A stretch of 64,000 nt of DNA from an uncultured Chloroflexia bacterium (GTDB taxonomy: Bacteria > Chloroflexota > Limnocylindria > Limnocylindrales > CSP1-4): positions 285,307 to 349,306 of the forward strand of contig CAVZME010000011.1 of assembly GCA_963776385.1 (NCBI GenBank). The letters run 5' to 3'. A program made the translations under genes and the position numbers. Positions 18,477 to 30,255 of the stretch are shown in pieces. The notes beneath the pieces were generated by a model. The model saw only the letters and a program-made list of their open reading frames with translations, was not told the origin of the DNA and did not search any database. Every line of letters begins with the position of its first letter. The stretch's first letter is position 1.

Positions 18477-20005
18477 AGCCGGGGTCGGTGACCTCGTCGG
18501 CGTCGCCATCGAGGCCGGCGACGTCCGGATCCTCGGCACCGGCCGTCGGGCCGGCCTGGCCCTCGTCATCGATCGGCCCGGGGAGCCCCGATTCGTCGGT
18601 CGGGGCCGATTCGACGGGCGCGTCGTCGCGCTCGATCACGATCCGGCCCAGGCCGGCCGCCTCGAGGTCCGCCCCGAATGCATCGACGTCGCCGACCAGG
18701 ACGATCGCGGCGTCATCCACGTGGAGATGCGCCTGGGCAGCGGCGGCGACCGCATCGACGTCGACCGCTTCGATGTTCGCGCGATAGCTGACCAGTTCCT
18801 CGACACCGAGTCCATGGACGGCGAGGCTGCCGAGCGCACCTACGACCGCGCCCGCGGTCTCGAACCGGAGGGGGAAGACGCCGATGAGGAAGTCGCGCGC
18901 CGCCACGAGCTCGGACTGCTCGACGCGCGCATCGCGCATCCGTTCGAGCTCGGCAAGCATGTCGACGAGGGCCGGCACGGTGACCTCGGTGTTGACCGCG
19001 GCGCGCGACGAGAACGGGCCCGCCCCGCGGCGCATGTCGAAGCCGGCACCAGCGCCGTACGTGTAGCCCTTCTCCTCGCGGAGCTTCATGTTCAGTCGCG
19101 AATTGAAGAGCCCGCCGAGGATCGCACTCATCACGGACACCGCGTGGAAGTCGGGGATGCGACGCGGCAGGCCGCGATGTCCGACGCGGATCTCCGTCTG
19201 GACCGAGCCCGGCCGATGGACGACGCGGACGACGCGACCCGTCGTCGCGCCACTATCGACGACCGCACTGACTCCACCCGATCCCCCGGTCCACGACCCG
19301 AACAGCCGCTCGGCTGCCTCGGCGACGTCGAAACCGCCCAGATCGCCACCCACGACGAGCGTGGTCCGGCCGGGTCGTCGCGATCGTTCGTAGGTCTCGC
19401 GCAGATCGGCCGCGGTCGAGGCCCTCGACCGTCTCACGGATCCCGCCGGATGGACGGTGGTACGGCGAGGCGTCGGCGTAGATCGTCCCGATGAATGCCT
19501 CCTCGACACGTCGGCGCGGGTCGGCCTGGGCCTGGAGGATGTCGTTGAGTCGTTCATCGCGGATGCGTTCGACCTCGGAGACCGGGAAACTCGGCTCGAG
19601 GAAGACCTCGGCGACAAGATCGAGCGCGGCGCCGAGGCGGGCAGCAGGCACGTCGACCGAGACCGACAGGGCGTCCCACCCGGCGTCCGCATGGAGCGAT
19701 GCGCCGAGTCGTTCGCCCGCTTCGACCAGTTCGATGGCGTCACGGCGTGCGGTGCCCTCGGTCAGCGCCCGGCCGGCCAGCACCGTCGCGCCGGCCTTGT
19801 CGGCGGGCTCCTCGGCGGCGCCGCCGGTCACGATCAACGAGGCGGAGACGAGCGGGCGCCCCGGCAGGTCCACGACGACGATCGACAGGCCGTTCGCGAG
19901 GGCGTGGGTCGTGACGGCCGGGAATTCATACGGACGCGGGCTGCCGGGCTGTGGCCGCTCTGACACGACCGGGCCGTCGCGACGGGGGTCCACGGTCGTG
20001 CTCAC
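18475..20005 (-). CDS. M16B peptidase, non-catalytic subunit (frameshift near 19415)
   Basis: LANGL.IVVV, LGGLFNSRLNMKLREEKGYTY (R/Y motif); no HxxEH. Confidence 0.92.
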
Positions 20006-21309
20006 GCCGCAACCTCGCCATCCGCCGTCGCGCCTTCGGGAAGATAGGTCAGGACGAGCCGATTGTCCGGCCGGAAGACCGTGGCCGCGACATCGCGGAT
20101 GGCCTCCGGGGTCACCGCCAGGTAGCGCGGCAGCATCCGGTTGATGAGTCCCGGATCGTCGAACAGCGTCGTGTACATCGACAGGCGGTCGGCACGCTCC
20201 TCGACACGCTGGAGGGCACCGAGCTCGTCGGATTCGGTCAGCGCCTTGGCGCGGGCGAGCTCGTCGTCGCTCACGAGGTCGGTCGCGAGCCGGTCGAGCT
20301 CCTCGTGGAGGACGGCCTCGACACGCTCGACCGCGACCCCGGGCCGGACGGTGGCCCAGCCGGCGGTGACGGACGCTCCCCCGGTGAACCCGAGAGTGAA
20401 GATCGCGACATCCTGGGCGATCCGCTCGTCGCGGACGAGGCGCCGGTTGAGCCGGCTGCCCTTGCCGCCCGACAGGATCTGGCCGGCCAGGTCGAGGGCA
20501 TCGAGGCGGGTGTCGCCGAAGACCGGTGCCCGGAAGCCGACGTGGACACGCGGCAGCGGCACCTTGTCGTGGACGATCTCGCGCCGCTCCCCGCCCAGGG
20601 TCGCCGGCAGCGACAGGTCGCCCAGGCGCGGGATGTCCGGGTTCGGCGGGATGGCCCCGAAGTAGAGTTCGGCCGCCCGAAGGACGTCGTCGGTGTCGAC
20701 CGCGCCCACCACCGACAGGACGGCGTTGTTCGGTGCGTAGTAGGTCCGGAAGAACGCGCTGACATCCTCGACCGACGCGGCATTGAGGTCGTCCATCGAG
20801 CCGATCGTCGAGTGGTGGTACGGGTGTTCCGGCGGGAACAGGTGACCCTGGAGCTTCTCCTGGAACGAGCCATACGGCCGGTTGTCGTACGACCAGCGCT
20901 TCTCGTTCTTGACGACTTCGCGCTGGTTGTCGAGGTTCTCCTGGCTGAGCGCATCGAGCAGCGTCGCCATCCGATCTGCCTCGAGCCAGAGGGCGAGCTC
21001 CACCTGATGGGCCGGCATGGTCTCGAAATAGTTCGTCCGGTCAAGCCAGGTCGAGCCGTTCATCGTCCCGCCGGCTGCCTGGACGAGAGCGATGTGCTCG
21101 GCCTTGGCGACATGACGCGAGCCCTGGAACATGACGTGCTCGAAGAGGTGGGCGAAGCCGGTCTTGCCGGGGACCTCGTGCTTGGAGCCCACGTCATACC
21201 AGAGGTTGACGGCGACCACCGGGGCGAGATGGTCCTCGGCCACGATGATGCGGAGTCCGTTGTCGAGGCGACGGTCGCTGAAGGCGACTTCAGGGACGGT
21301 GATGGGCAC
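20002..21309 (-). CDS. M16B peptidase, catalytic subunit
   Basis: GFAHLFEHVMF (HxxEH), NGST..DRTNY, LEADRM, VVKNEKR. Confidence 0.96.
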   Translation of the reverse strand: MPITVPEVAFSDRRLDNGLRIIVAEDHLAPVVAVNLWYDVGSKHEVPGKTGFAHLFEHVMFQGSRHVAKAEHIALVQAAGGTMNGSTWLDRTNYFETMPAHQVELALWLEADRMATLLDALSQENLDNQREVVKNEKRWSYDNRPYGSFQEKLQGHLFPPEHPYHHSTIGSMDDLNAASVEDVSAFFRTYYAPNNAVLSVVGAVDTDDVLRAAELYFGAIPPNPDIPRLGDLSLPATLGGERREIVHDKVPLPRVHVGFRAPVFGDTRLDALDLAGQILSGGKGSRLNRRLVRDERIAQDVAIFTLGFTGGASVTAGWATVRPGVAVERVEAVLHEELDRLATDLVSDDELARAKALTESDELGALQRVEERADRLSMYTTLFDDPGLINRMLPRYLAVTPEAIRDVAATVFRPDNRLVLTYLPEGATADGEVAA

Positions 21310-21339
21310 GAATCACCTCAGGCGTGGGCGGGGGCGGTG

Positions 21340-21744
21340 TCAGATCGGTAGCAGGATGAAGGCCAACGTGATGACGAGGGCGATGACGCCACAGTACGCC
21401 ACCAGCCAACGCGCTGCCGCGCGGTCGGCGGCCAGGTCGGCGGCGTCGGTGACCGATTCGGTGGCGTCCGACCCCGTCACGCTGCGGATCCCGGCATAGG
21501 CGAACCCGGCACAGAACTTCCGGCGCGCCTGCTCGAGGCTGATGATCGCGCCCCACAGCGGAAGGATGACGAGCCCACGGGCCGCTGGTGGGGCGTCGAC
21601 GGCGATGAGCGCCACCCCGAGGACGATCGCGCTGATGACGCCGGCGATCCCGAACGCGCGACGCTTGGCGATCTCGCGCGGTCCGATGTTGCAGGCGCCG
21701 GGCCGATACCCACCGCCGACAGGCTCCATGTACTCGATCTGCAC
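21340..21744 (-). CDS. Small conserved membrane protein (CNIG...FC motif)
   Basis: Y.PGACNIGPREI.KRR, three TM segments, QARRKFC. Confidence 0.75.
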   Translation of the reverse strand: MQIEYMEPVGGGYRPGACNIGPREIAKRRAFGIAGVISAIVLGVALIAVDAPPAARGLVILPLWGAIISLEQARRKFCAGFAYAGIRSVTGSDATESVTDAADLAADRAAARWLVAYCGVIALVITLAFILLPI

Positions 21745-21776
21745 GTCGACCCCGGTTCATTTGTAGACTCGAGACC

Positions 21777-22427
21777 ATGATGCTGCACAACCGGATTCGG
21801 CGCCTTGCAACGGGTTTCGCGCTTGTGACGCTGCCCCTGCTCCTGGTGCCTGGCGCGGTGCTCGGCCACGCCGAGCTCGAGACCGCGACGCCGGCCGACA
21901 AGTCGACCGTCACCGAGCCTGTCGTGGAGGTTTCCGGCATCTACAGCGAATCCATGACAGCGGACGGCAGCAGCCTCGTGGTCAAGGACGCGAGTGGGAC
22001 CGAGGTCGCGAAGGGCACGGTCGACCCCGAGGACGACACGCGGATGGTCGCGACGCCTGCGACGCCGCTCGGCAATGGCGCGTACCTCGTCGAGTCGACG
22101 TCCCTGTCGACCGATGGCGATATCGAGCACGCGACCTGGACGTTCACCGTGGCGATCGTCGCCACCTCGTCACCGACCCCCGCCGTGACCGCGACCCCGA
22201 GCGCGACGGTCGTCCCGAGCGCGACGGTCGTCCCGAGCACGGCCCCGACGGCCGTGCCGGCGACCGCGGTGCCGTCCATCGTGCCGACCCCGGCGCCCTC
22301 GGGCGATGGCTCCGCGTCGGGGAGCAGCAGTGACGTCCTCCTGCCGATCATCGTCGCGCTCGTCGTCCTGGGCGCCGGTGCCGCGTACCTCCTGACCCGA
22401 CGCAACCGCCCGACCGACCCCGCGTGA
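21777..22427 (+). CDS. copC: CopC-family copper-binding protein with Pro/Thr linker and C-terminal membrane anchor
   Basis: Signal peptide then HAEL..ATPA, G.Y.V....S.DG.....W.FTV, PSATVV repeats, TM helix followed by RR. Confidence 0.82.
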   Translation: MMLHNRIRRLATGFALVTLPLLLVPGAVLGHAELETATPADKSTVTEPVVEVSGIYSESMTADGSSLVVKDASGTEVAKGTVDPEDDTRMVATPATPLGNGAYLVESTSLSTDGDIEHATWTFTVAIVATSSPTPAVTATPSATVVPSATVVPSTAPTAVPATAVPSIVPTPAPSGDGSASGSSSDVLLPIIVALVVLGAGAAYLLTRRNRPTDPA

Positions 22428-23860
22428 TCCGACGCATCGCCGGTGCCCTCGGCGCGGCCGCGGCGCTCGCCTTCGCGCTGCCGGCGGCCGCCTCGGCCCA
22501 CACGGTCAACGCGACCTACGCCAGCCGATTGCCGTTGGCGGTCTACGTCGTCGGCGCGGCGGTCACGGTCGGGCTCTCGTTCCTGTTCGTCATCGTCCGT
22601 GACGTCCGGGCCGCCCCGCCCGACCTGACGGCCGACGGCCATCTGCCGCCGGCCGCGCTGCGCATCGGCCTGCGCGTGATCGGGCTCCTCGGCTGGGCCT
22701 GGATCATCGCCCAGGGCATCGCCGGTGGGTCGAGCGACGGGGACGTCGCGACGCTCTTCCTGTGGGTCTACGGCTGGGTCGGTCTGGCGATCGTGTGCGC
22801 GATCGTCGGACCCGTCTGGCAATTCCTCGACCCGTTCTCGACCATCCACGACATCGGTGCGGCGATCCTTCGCGCGCTGCACGTCCAGGGCTGGGCGGTC
22901 GCGGACTATCCGGGAAGGCTCGGTCGCTGGCCGGCGACCATCGGTTTCGGCTTCTTCGTGTGGCTCGAGCTCGTCGTCCAGGCCGGCCCGTCAACGCTCT
23001 TCATCGTGCTCGTCGGGTACACCGCGCTCACGGTCGCGATGATGGCCCAGTTCGGGCGGGACGAGTGGCGCTCCCAAGGCGAGACCTTCACGGTCTGGTT
23101 CCGGACCCTCGGTCGGCTTGCGCATTGGCGCCTCGTCGATGAGGACGGCCGGGTCCACACCCGGTCATTCGGGAGCGGCCTCCTCGAACCGGGTTGGTCG
23201 GCCGCGGACGTGACCCTCGTCGCGCTCGGCGTCTCCTCGATCATCTTCGACGGCCTGTCACAGACGAAGCCGTTCTTCGACCTGTTCGGGGCACCTGATC
23301 TCATCGAGCGGACGCTGTTGCTCTTCGGCTTCCTCGGTATCGTCGTCCTGCTCGCCTTCGCGGTAGCACGGACCGTCGGGCTCGGGGCCATCGGGGCCGG
23401 CCTGCTGCCGATCGCCCTCGGTTACCTCGTCGCGCACTACCTGACCTATCTGCTCATCGATGGTCAGCGGATCCTCATCGCGGTCTCGGATCCCTTCAAC
23501 AAGGGCTGGAACCTCTTCGGGACGGCGTTCCATGAGCCGTCCGGGGCATGGCTGCCGCCGGGCCTCGTGTGGACCGTCCAGCTTGCCGCGGTCGTGGGCG
23601 GGCACATGCTCGGGGCGTGGGGCGGGCACGTCGTGGCCGCCGCGGACGCCCCGCCCGGCATCAGCGCCGGCGCCCTTCGTCGACGTCAGATCCCGCTCGC
23701 GGTCGTGATGATCGGACTGACCACCCTCACCCTGTGGTCGCTGGGCCAGGCGATCATCGTGACGCCGCCAGCGGCCACCACGATCGATCTCGTCGGCAGT
23801 CCTCCCGCCGTTCAGGCTCAGGTCGTCGCCGTGGCGAAGGTCTTCGACACGATCCCCTGA
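22424..23860 (+). CDS. Polytopic membrane protein (family often labelled 'fenitrothion hydrolase'/FedB-like), coupled to copC
   Basis: AH...RLPL.VY..GAA..V.LSF, W...DPF.T, FDG, PIALGY.VAHY, SDPF..GW.LFGTA, GH..G. Confidence 0.75.
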   Translation: MIRRIAGALGAAAALAFALPAAASAHTVNATYASRLPLAVYVVGAAVTVGLSFLFVIVRDVRAAPPDLTADGHLPPAALRIGLRVIGLLGWAWIIAQGIAGGSSDGDVATLFLWVYGWVGLAIVCAIVGPVWQFLDPFSTIHDIGAAILRALHVQGWAVADYPGRLGRWPATIGFGFFVWLELVVQAGPSTLFIVLVGYTALTVAMMAQFGRDEWRSQGETFTVWFRTLGRLAHWRLVDEDGRVHTRSFGSGLLEPGWSAADVTLVALGVSSIIFDGLSQTKPFFDLFGAPDLIERTLLLFGFLGIVVLLAFAVARTVGLGAIGAGLLPIALGYLVAHYLTYLLIDGQRILIAVSDPFNKGWNLFGTAFHEPSGAWLPPGLVWTVQLAAVVGGHMLGAWGGHVVAAADAPPGISAGALRRRQIPLAVVMIGLTTLTLWSLGQAIIVTPPAATTIDLVGSPPAVQAQVVAVAKVFDTIP

Positions 23861-24123
23861 TCGAGGGGGCGCACGTCGGTGGAAGCGTGGTGTCTGCCCG
23901 GGCCCGGTAAGCCTGCTCGGCCCGTGAACACCCGCCTCACTCCTGTGGATAAGTGCCTTTCACTCGAGCCGACCGACACGCATACTCGACTCGACCGCGA
24001 GGGAGGCCGGAGCAAAAGCTCCATCGGCGCGACGTCAAGGCGCGGTCGCCGATCGTCGTGCTGGCCAATGGCGAGACCGACCCCCGCGGCACGGCACCGC
24101 CCTGTGCCCGCGGGAGGTTTGCG

Positions 24124-26663
24124 ATGCAAGGCAAGACCCTCGTCTTTCGGCGCAACCCAGGAAGGCGTCGAGCAGCGTACGTCGTGCCGCTCGTGGCCAC
24201 TCTGATGCTCTCGCTCGCGGGCCCGGTGCAAGCCACCATCACTCCGTCATCCAACGCCCTGACGATCGCGCAGGCGATCGCATCATCGTCACTGACGGTC
24301 AACGGAGCATCGTTCGTGGCCCAGCCGCCGAGCGGAACGCCTAATGGAGTCTCGACGTCGACGCTGGCTGGATTCCCAGTCGATGGCTCGGATTACGGCG
24401 TCCTAACGTCAGGCAATGTCAGCAGCGTCGATCAGCCGGGAACATTGGCTGACACGGACGACGGGGGCGGTAATGTCCGGGGCGACACGGACCTCGACGT
24501 CTCGATCCTGAAGATCGATGTGACGATTCCTGCCGGGGCAAACTGTCTCTCGTTCAATTTCAGGTTCCTGTCGGAGGAGTATCCGGTCTTCGTCGGCACG
24601 TCATACAACGACGCCTTCATCGCCGAGCTTGACACGTCTGATTGGACGACCTCGGGCTCCGCGATCACCGCACCCCATAACTTCGCATTCGACACCTCCA
24701 ACGACGTCGTCAGCATCAACTCGACAGGCCTGGGTGGGATGAGCCCTGCGGCCGGAGCGGGCACGGCATTCGACGGGACGGCCGGCCCGGGGCCGGACAC
24801 GAATGGCGCCGCGACGACACTCCTCGGGGCCGCCACGCCAGTGACAGCCGGGGCGCATTCGATCTATCTGTCGCTCTTCGATCAGGGCGACAACGCGCTC
24901 GACTCGGCCGTGTTCCTCGACAACCTGCGGACAGGGTCCGTGGCAAACCCGGCGACCGACTGCAAGCCCGGGGCGGCCGAGGCGGCCCACCTGACGCTGA
25001 CCAAGTCGGTCGTCAACACGGGCGGCGGGACGGCCCTCGCGACGGACTGGACGCTGAGCGCGACCGGCCCGACGACGATCTCGGGCCACACCGGTGACGC
25101 CGTCGATCACGAACGCCGCGGTCGGCGCCGGCACGTACACGCTCGCCGAGACGGGCGGTCCGACCGGCTACAGCGCGGGCACCTGGTCGTGCACCGGCGG
25201 CACGCTCACCGGGAGCAGCCTCGTCCTGGCCGCCGACGCGACCGCGAGCTGCTCGATCACGAACACGTTCATCCCACCGAACCCGGCCCACCTGACGCTG
25301 ACCAAGTCGGTCGTCAACACGGGCGGCGGGACGGCCCTCGCGACGGACTGGACGCTGAGCGCGACCGGCCCGACGACGATCTCGGGCCACACCGGTGACG
25401 CCTCGATCACGAACGCCGCGGTCGGCGCCGGCACGTACACGCTCGCCGAGACGGGCGGTCCGACCGGCTACAGCGCGGGCACCTGGTCGTGCACCGGCGG
25501 CACGCTCACCGGGAGCAGCCTCGTCCTGGCCGCCGACGCGACCGCGAGCTGCTCGATCACGAACACGTTCATCCCACCGAACCCGGCCCACCTGACGCTG
25601 ACCAAGTCGGTCGTCAACACGGGCGGCGGGACGGCCCTCGCGACGGACTGGACGCTGAGCGCGACCGGCCCGACGACGATCTCGGGCCACACCGGTGACG
25701 CCGTCGATCACGAACGCCGCGGTCGGCGCCGGCGCGTACACGCTCGCCGAGACGGGCGGTCCGACCGGCTACAGCGCGGGCACCTGGTCGTGCACCGGCG
25801 GCACGCTCACCGGGAGCAGCCTCGTCCTGGCCGCCGACGCGACCGCGAGCTGCTCGATCACGAACACGTTCATCCCACCGAACCCGGCCCACCTGACGCT
25901 GACCAAGTCGGTCGTCAACACGGGCGGCGGGACGGCCCTCGCGACGGACTGGACGCTGAGCGCGACCGGCCCGACGACGATCTCGGGCCACACCGGTGAC
26001 GCGTCGATCACGAACGCCGCGGTCGGCGCCGGCGCGTACACGCTCGCCGAGTCGGGCGGTCCGACCGGCTACAGCGCGGGCACCTGGTCGTGCACCGGCG
26101 GCACGCTCACCGGGAGCAGCCTCGTCCTGGCCGCCGACGCGACCGCGAGCTGCTCGATCACGAACACGTTCATCGTGACGGTCACGCCCGTCGGGCTGAT
26201 CGCCCCGACCGATACGACCTGCCAGCAATACGTCGCTGGAACGGCCGCGACGCTGCCACACGTCAATTACCGCGTCTCCGGCGGGACGATCCGGCAGAGC
26301 ATCAATCCCGGGGTCTTCTTCTACTTCAGCACGGTGGAAGTGAACGCCGGCGACCTCGTCACGACATCCCAGTCCACCACGAGCTCGAGCACCAAGTTGT
26401 TCCTGCTCAACCAGGGGCACGCGTTCATCTTCGACGCGAACTGCAAGAAGATCGGGAACATGGCATCGACCCAGGGCGGGGCGACCGGGTCGTTCACCTT
26501 CGCGGCCGCCGGCACGTACATCCTTCAGCTGCAGTACCAGACCAAGTCGCTCGCCGGGACGGCGGCTCCGAGTCCGATCAACCCGACCTATACGTTCGAT
26601 ACCGAGATCAACGGGACCGAGGTCGTCCCCGACACCACGTCGATCAGCCTCAAGCTGTTCTAG
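24124..26663 (+). CDS. Secreted surface protein: choice-of-anchor L-like domain plus four prealbumin/pilin-like Ig repeats (two frameshifts)
   Basis: Signal peptide, FLSEEYP.FVG..YNDAF, D.GD..LDSAVF; repeats LTLTKSVVN...GTYTLAE...WSC...SCSITNT. Confidence 0.85.
24984..26174 (+). repeat. Four near-identical 300-bp tandem repeats
   Basis: Units start at 24984, 25285, 25585 and 25886 and differ at only a few positions. Confidence 0.97.
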
Positions 26664-26702
26664 CCGTTGATCGGCTCGCCGCCGACCGCCGAACGGATCA
26701 CG

Positions 26703-26727
26703 AGAGCCGGTCCACCGGGCCGGCTCT
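26703..26727. terminator. Hairpin between convergent genes
   Basis: agagccgg-N9-ccggctct; no U-tract. Confidence 0.45.
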
Positions 26728-26821
26728 ACCGCCGTCCGCAGACGACCAAGCATCTCGGATCCCATCGATCCCTGATCGGCCACGTCGACGACCCGTCTTT
26801 CGGGCCCAGCGAGCGGGAACG

Positions 26822-29800
26822 TCAGACCGGGCTGGCGAGCATCCTCTTCGTCGGCACCCAAGACTCGAGTGACCGCACTTCGCCGAGCCGAGCCGCGATC
26901 GACGGTTCGAGCGCCTCGGCTGCCGCGACGGCAGTCTCCATGGCGGTCAGGCACAGGATCCCCTCCTGCGTCGCTGCGAGCCGGATCTCGGCAGCGTCAC
27001 GGACCGCCCCTGACCTCGGGGTGGGCGTGTTGACGACCAGCCGCACGTCACCCGAGGCGATGAGGTCGAGGATCGCGACCTCGCCTTCTGCTTCCGAGGC
27101 TGCCTCGCCGAGCTTGGCGACGGGCCGCGCCTCGTAGCCGGCCACGGCGAGAGCGCGCCGCGTGCCCGGCGTCGCGGCCAGTCGGTAGCCCGCAGCGGCG
27201 AGGGCGCCGGCCAGACGCGGCAAGCGTCTCCTTGTCGCGGTCGGCGATCGACAGGAGCGCGAGCGCTCCCTCGGCGCCCGGCCGCGGTGGCACGAGGGCG
27301 GCCCCCAGGAGCGCCTTCGCCAAGGCGACGCGCGGGTCGGTGGCGATGCCGATGACCTCGCCCGTCGACTGCATCCCGGGACCGACCGACGGATCCACGC
27401 CGCGCAGCTTGGCCGTCGAGAAGGCTGGGGCCTTGACCGCGACGAAGGCCGGCGGCGCGAGATGTCCACCGTCCCAGCCGAGCTCCGGGAGCGTGGCGCC
27501 AAGCGAGATCCGGACGGCCAGCTCGACCATCGGGACGCCGGTGACCTTCGACATGAACGGGACCGTCCGCGAGGCGCGCGGGTTGACCTCGATGAGATAG
27601 ACACCGTCGTCGCGGACGATGAACTGGGCGTTGACCAATCCGCGGGCACCCAGCGCCAGGACGATCCGCTCCATCGTGGCCACGATCAGGGCCTGGTCGC
27701 CGTCCGAGACGGTCTGCGGCGGGAACATGCCGACCGAGTCGCCCGAATGGACGCCCGCTCGCTCGACGTGCTCGAGCAGCCCCGGGATGAGCACCCGCTC
27801 GCCGTCCGAGACCGCGTCGATGTCGACCTCGACGCCTTCGAGGTAGCGGTCGATCCGGACCGGTCGGTCGGGGTCGACGACGGTCGCGGCGGCCAGCTGG
27901 CGGGCCAGGTCCGAGGGCGAGTAGCAGAAGTCGATGGCGAGCCCGCCGATGACGAACGACGGCCGGACGATGACCGGGTAGCCGATCCGCTCGGCGAGCG
28001 TGAGTGCCTCCTCGACCGAATGGGCCATCCCGCCCTCGGGCTGCGGGATGCCGAGCCGGTCGAGCAGGGCCGAGAAGCGGGTGCGTTCCTCCGCCTGGTC
28101 GATCGCCTCGAGACTGGAACCGAGGAGCGGCACACCGCCGGCGGCCAGCGGCGCGGCGAGGTTGAGCGGCGTCTGGCCACCATACGCGACCACCGCCGGC
28201 AGGAGGTCGCCGTCGTCGAGCGACTCCGCATCGATGACGTTACGCACGCTTTCCGGGTCGAGCGGTTCGAAGTACAGCCGGGTCGACGCGTCGAAGTCGG
28301 TCGAGACGGTCTCCGGGTTCGAGTTGATCATGACGGCGCTCCAGCCCGAGCGGCGGAGCGTGTCGGCGGCCTGGACCGCGCAGTAGTCGAACTCGATGCC
28401 CTGCCCGATCCGGACCGGCCCGGAGCCGATGACGAGGGCGGCGGGCCGCTGTACGGGCGGCGCTTCCGGCGCGGATCCGGCAGCCGCGTATGTCGAGTAG
28501 AAGTACGGGGTCTCGGCCGCGAACTCGGCGGCGCAGGTATCGACCATGGCGTAACCCGGCCGCAGGCCCAGTGTCATCCGGGCCGCCCGGATCTGGTCGG
28601 CAGAAGTGCCGGCCAGACCGGCCAGTTCGCGATCGCCGAAACCGGCGCGCTTGGCCGTGGCGAGGAGTGTCGCCGCCGCCGGGTCAGTCGGGATCCGCGA
28701 TCCGCTCGCCCGCCGCACTGACCTCCGCCTCGAGCGCGACGTTCCGACCCATCTCGGCGAGGAACCACGGTGAGATCCCTGTCGCTTCGCCGACGACAGC
28801 CTCGGGCACGCCGCGCCGGAGCAGACCGAGGAGGCGCCAGAGCCGGCTGTCCGATGGCGCGAGGAACTGCCGCAGGACGATCGGCGCGGCCGTGCGCTGG
28901 GCGTGGCGCGTGGATTCGCAGGCCTGGCCGGCTTCGTCGACCCACTGGATCGGTTCGTCCTGGTCGGGATCGCCGGCATACACGCCGGCCAGGTAGTCGA
29001 ACGTCGGCGTCCAGGATGCGTCCTCGGCGAGTGGCCCCACGCCCGCCTGCTCGAGTCCACGGAGCGCCTTGTTGAGCGCCGACCCGAACGTCCGGTCGAT
29101 GGCCATGACTTCGCCGGTCGCCTTCATCTGGCTGCCCAGGCTGCGGTCGGCACCGGGGAACTTGTCGAACGGGAAGCGCGGCAACTTGACGACGACATAG
29201 TCCAGCGCGGGTTCGAACGCGGCGACGGTCGTGCCTGTCACGACATTCGGGATCTCGGCCAGCCGCCGGCCCACGGCGATCTGGGCCGCGACCCGCGCGA
29301 TCGGGTAACCGGTGGCCTTCGACGCCAGCGCCGACGACCGCGACACGCGCGGATTGACCTCGATGACCGCGTACTCGGTCGAGTCGGGCGACAGCGCGAA
29401 CTGGACGTTGCAGCCACCCTCGACCCCGAGCGCCCGGATGATCGCCAGGGCAGCACTCCGCAAGCGCTGGTGGACGGCATCGGTGAGAGTCTGGACGGGC
29501 GCCACGACGATCGAGTCGCCGGTGTGGACGCCCAGCGGATCGACGTTCTCCATCGAGCACACCGCGATGCACGTGTCATCGGCGTCGCGCATCACCTCGT
29601 ATTCGATCTCCTGCCAGCCGACCAGGCACTTCTCGACCATGACCTGGCCGATCGGGCTCGCGCGCAGGCCGGCTCGGACGCGCTCGCGGTAGGCCGGTTC
29701 CGTCTCGACGATCCCGCCGCCCGTGCCGCCGAGCGTGAAGGCCGGTCGGACGATGGCCGGCAAGCCGATCTCGGCCAGCGCGATCTCGATGTCGGCCGGC

Positions 29801-30255
29801 TGCTCGACGATCCACGATGGCGCGTATGGCTGCTCGATCCGGTCGAGCAGGTCGCGGAACGCCTCGCGGTCCTCGGCCATCCGGATCGCCTCGAGCGGGG
29901 TGCCCAGGAGCCGGATCGGGTGACGGTCGAAGACGCCCGCCTCGGCCATCGCGGTCGTCAGGTTGAGCGCCGTCTGGCCGCCCAACCCGGCCAGCAGGCC
30001 CTCGGGCTTCTCCTTGGCGATGACGGCCTCGACCGCCTCGACCGTCAGCGGCTCGAGGTAGATGACGTCGGCCACCGAGGGGTCGGTCATGATCGTCGCC
30101 GGGTTCGAGTTGATCAGGATCGTCCGGACACCCTCCGCTCGCAGGGCGCGACAGGCCTGCGTCCCGGCGTAATCGAATTCGGCCGCCTGGCCGATGACGA
30201 CCGGACCGGAGCCGAGGATCAGGACCGAGGCGGGCTTCGGACCGGGAGGCGTCAC
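26822..30255 (-). CDS. carB: Carbamoyl-phosphate synthase large subunit (frameshifts near 28690 and 27222)
   Basis: [64 protein letters not shown]-terminal MGS domain. Confidence 0.97.

Noticed and set aside
22197-22240. 18-bp repeat in copC as a regulatory repeat
   Set aside because: It encodes the PSATVV Pro/Thr linker, ordinary low-complexity coding sequence.
24984-26174. Long repeats as a CRISPR array or DGR template/variable repeats
   Set aside because: They are contiguous in-frame 300-bp coding units with no spacers, no adenine-specific variation and no cas or reverse transcriptase gene.
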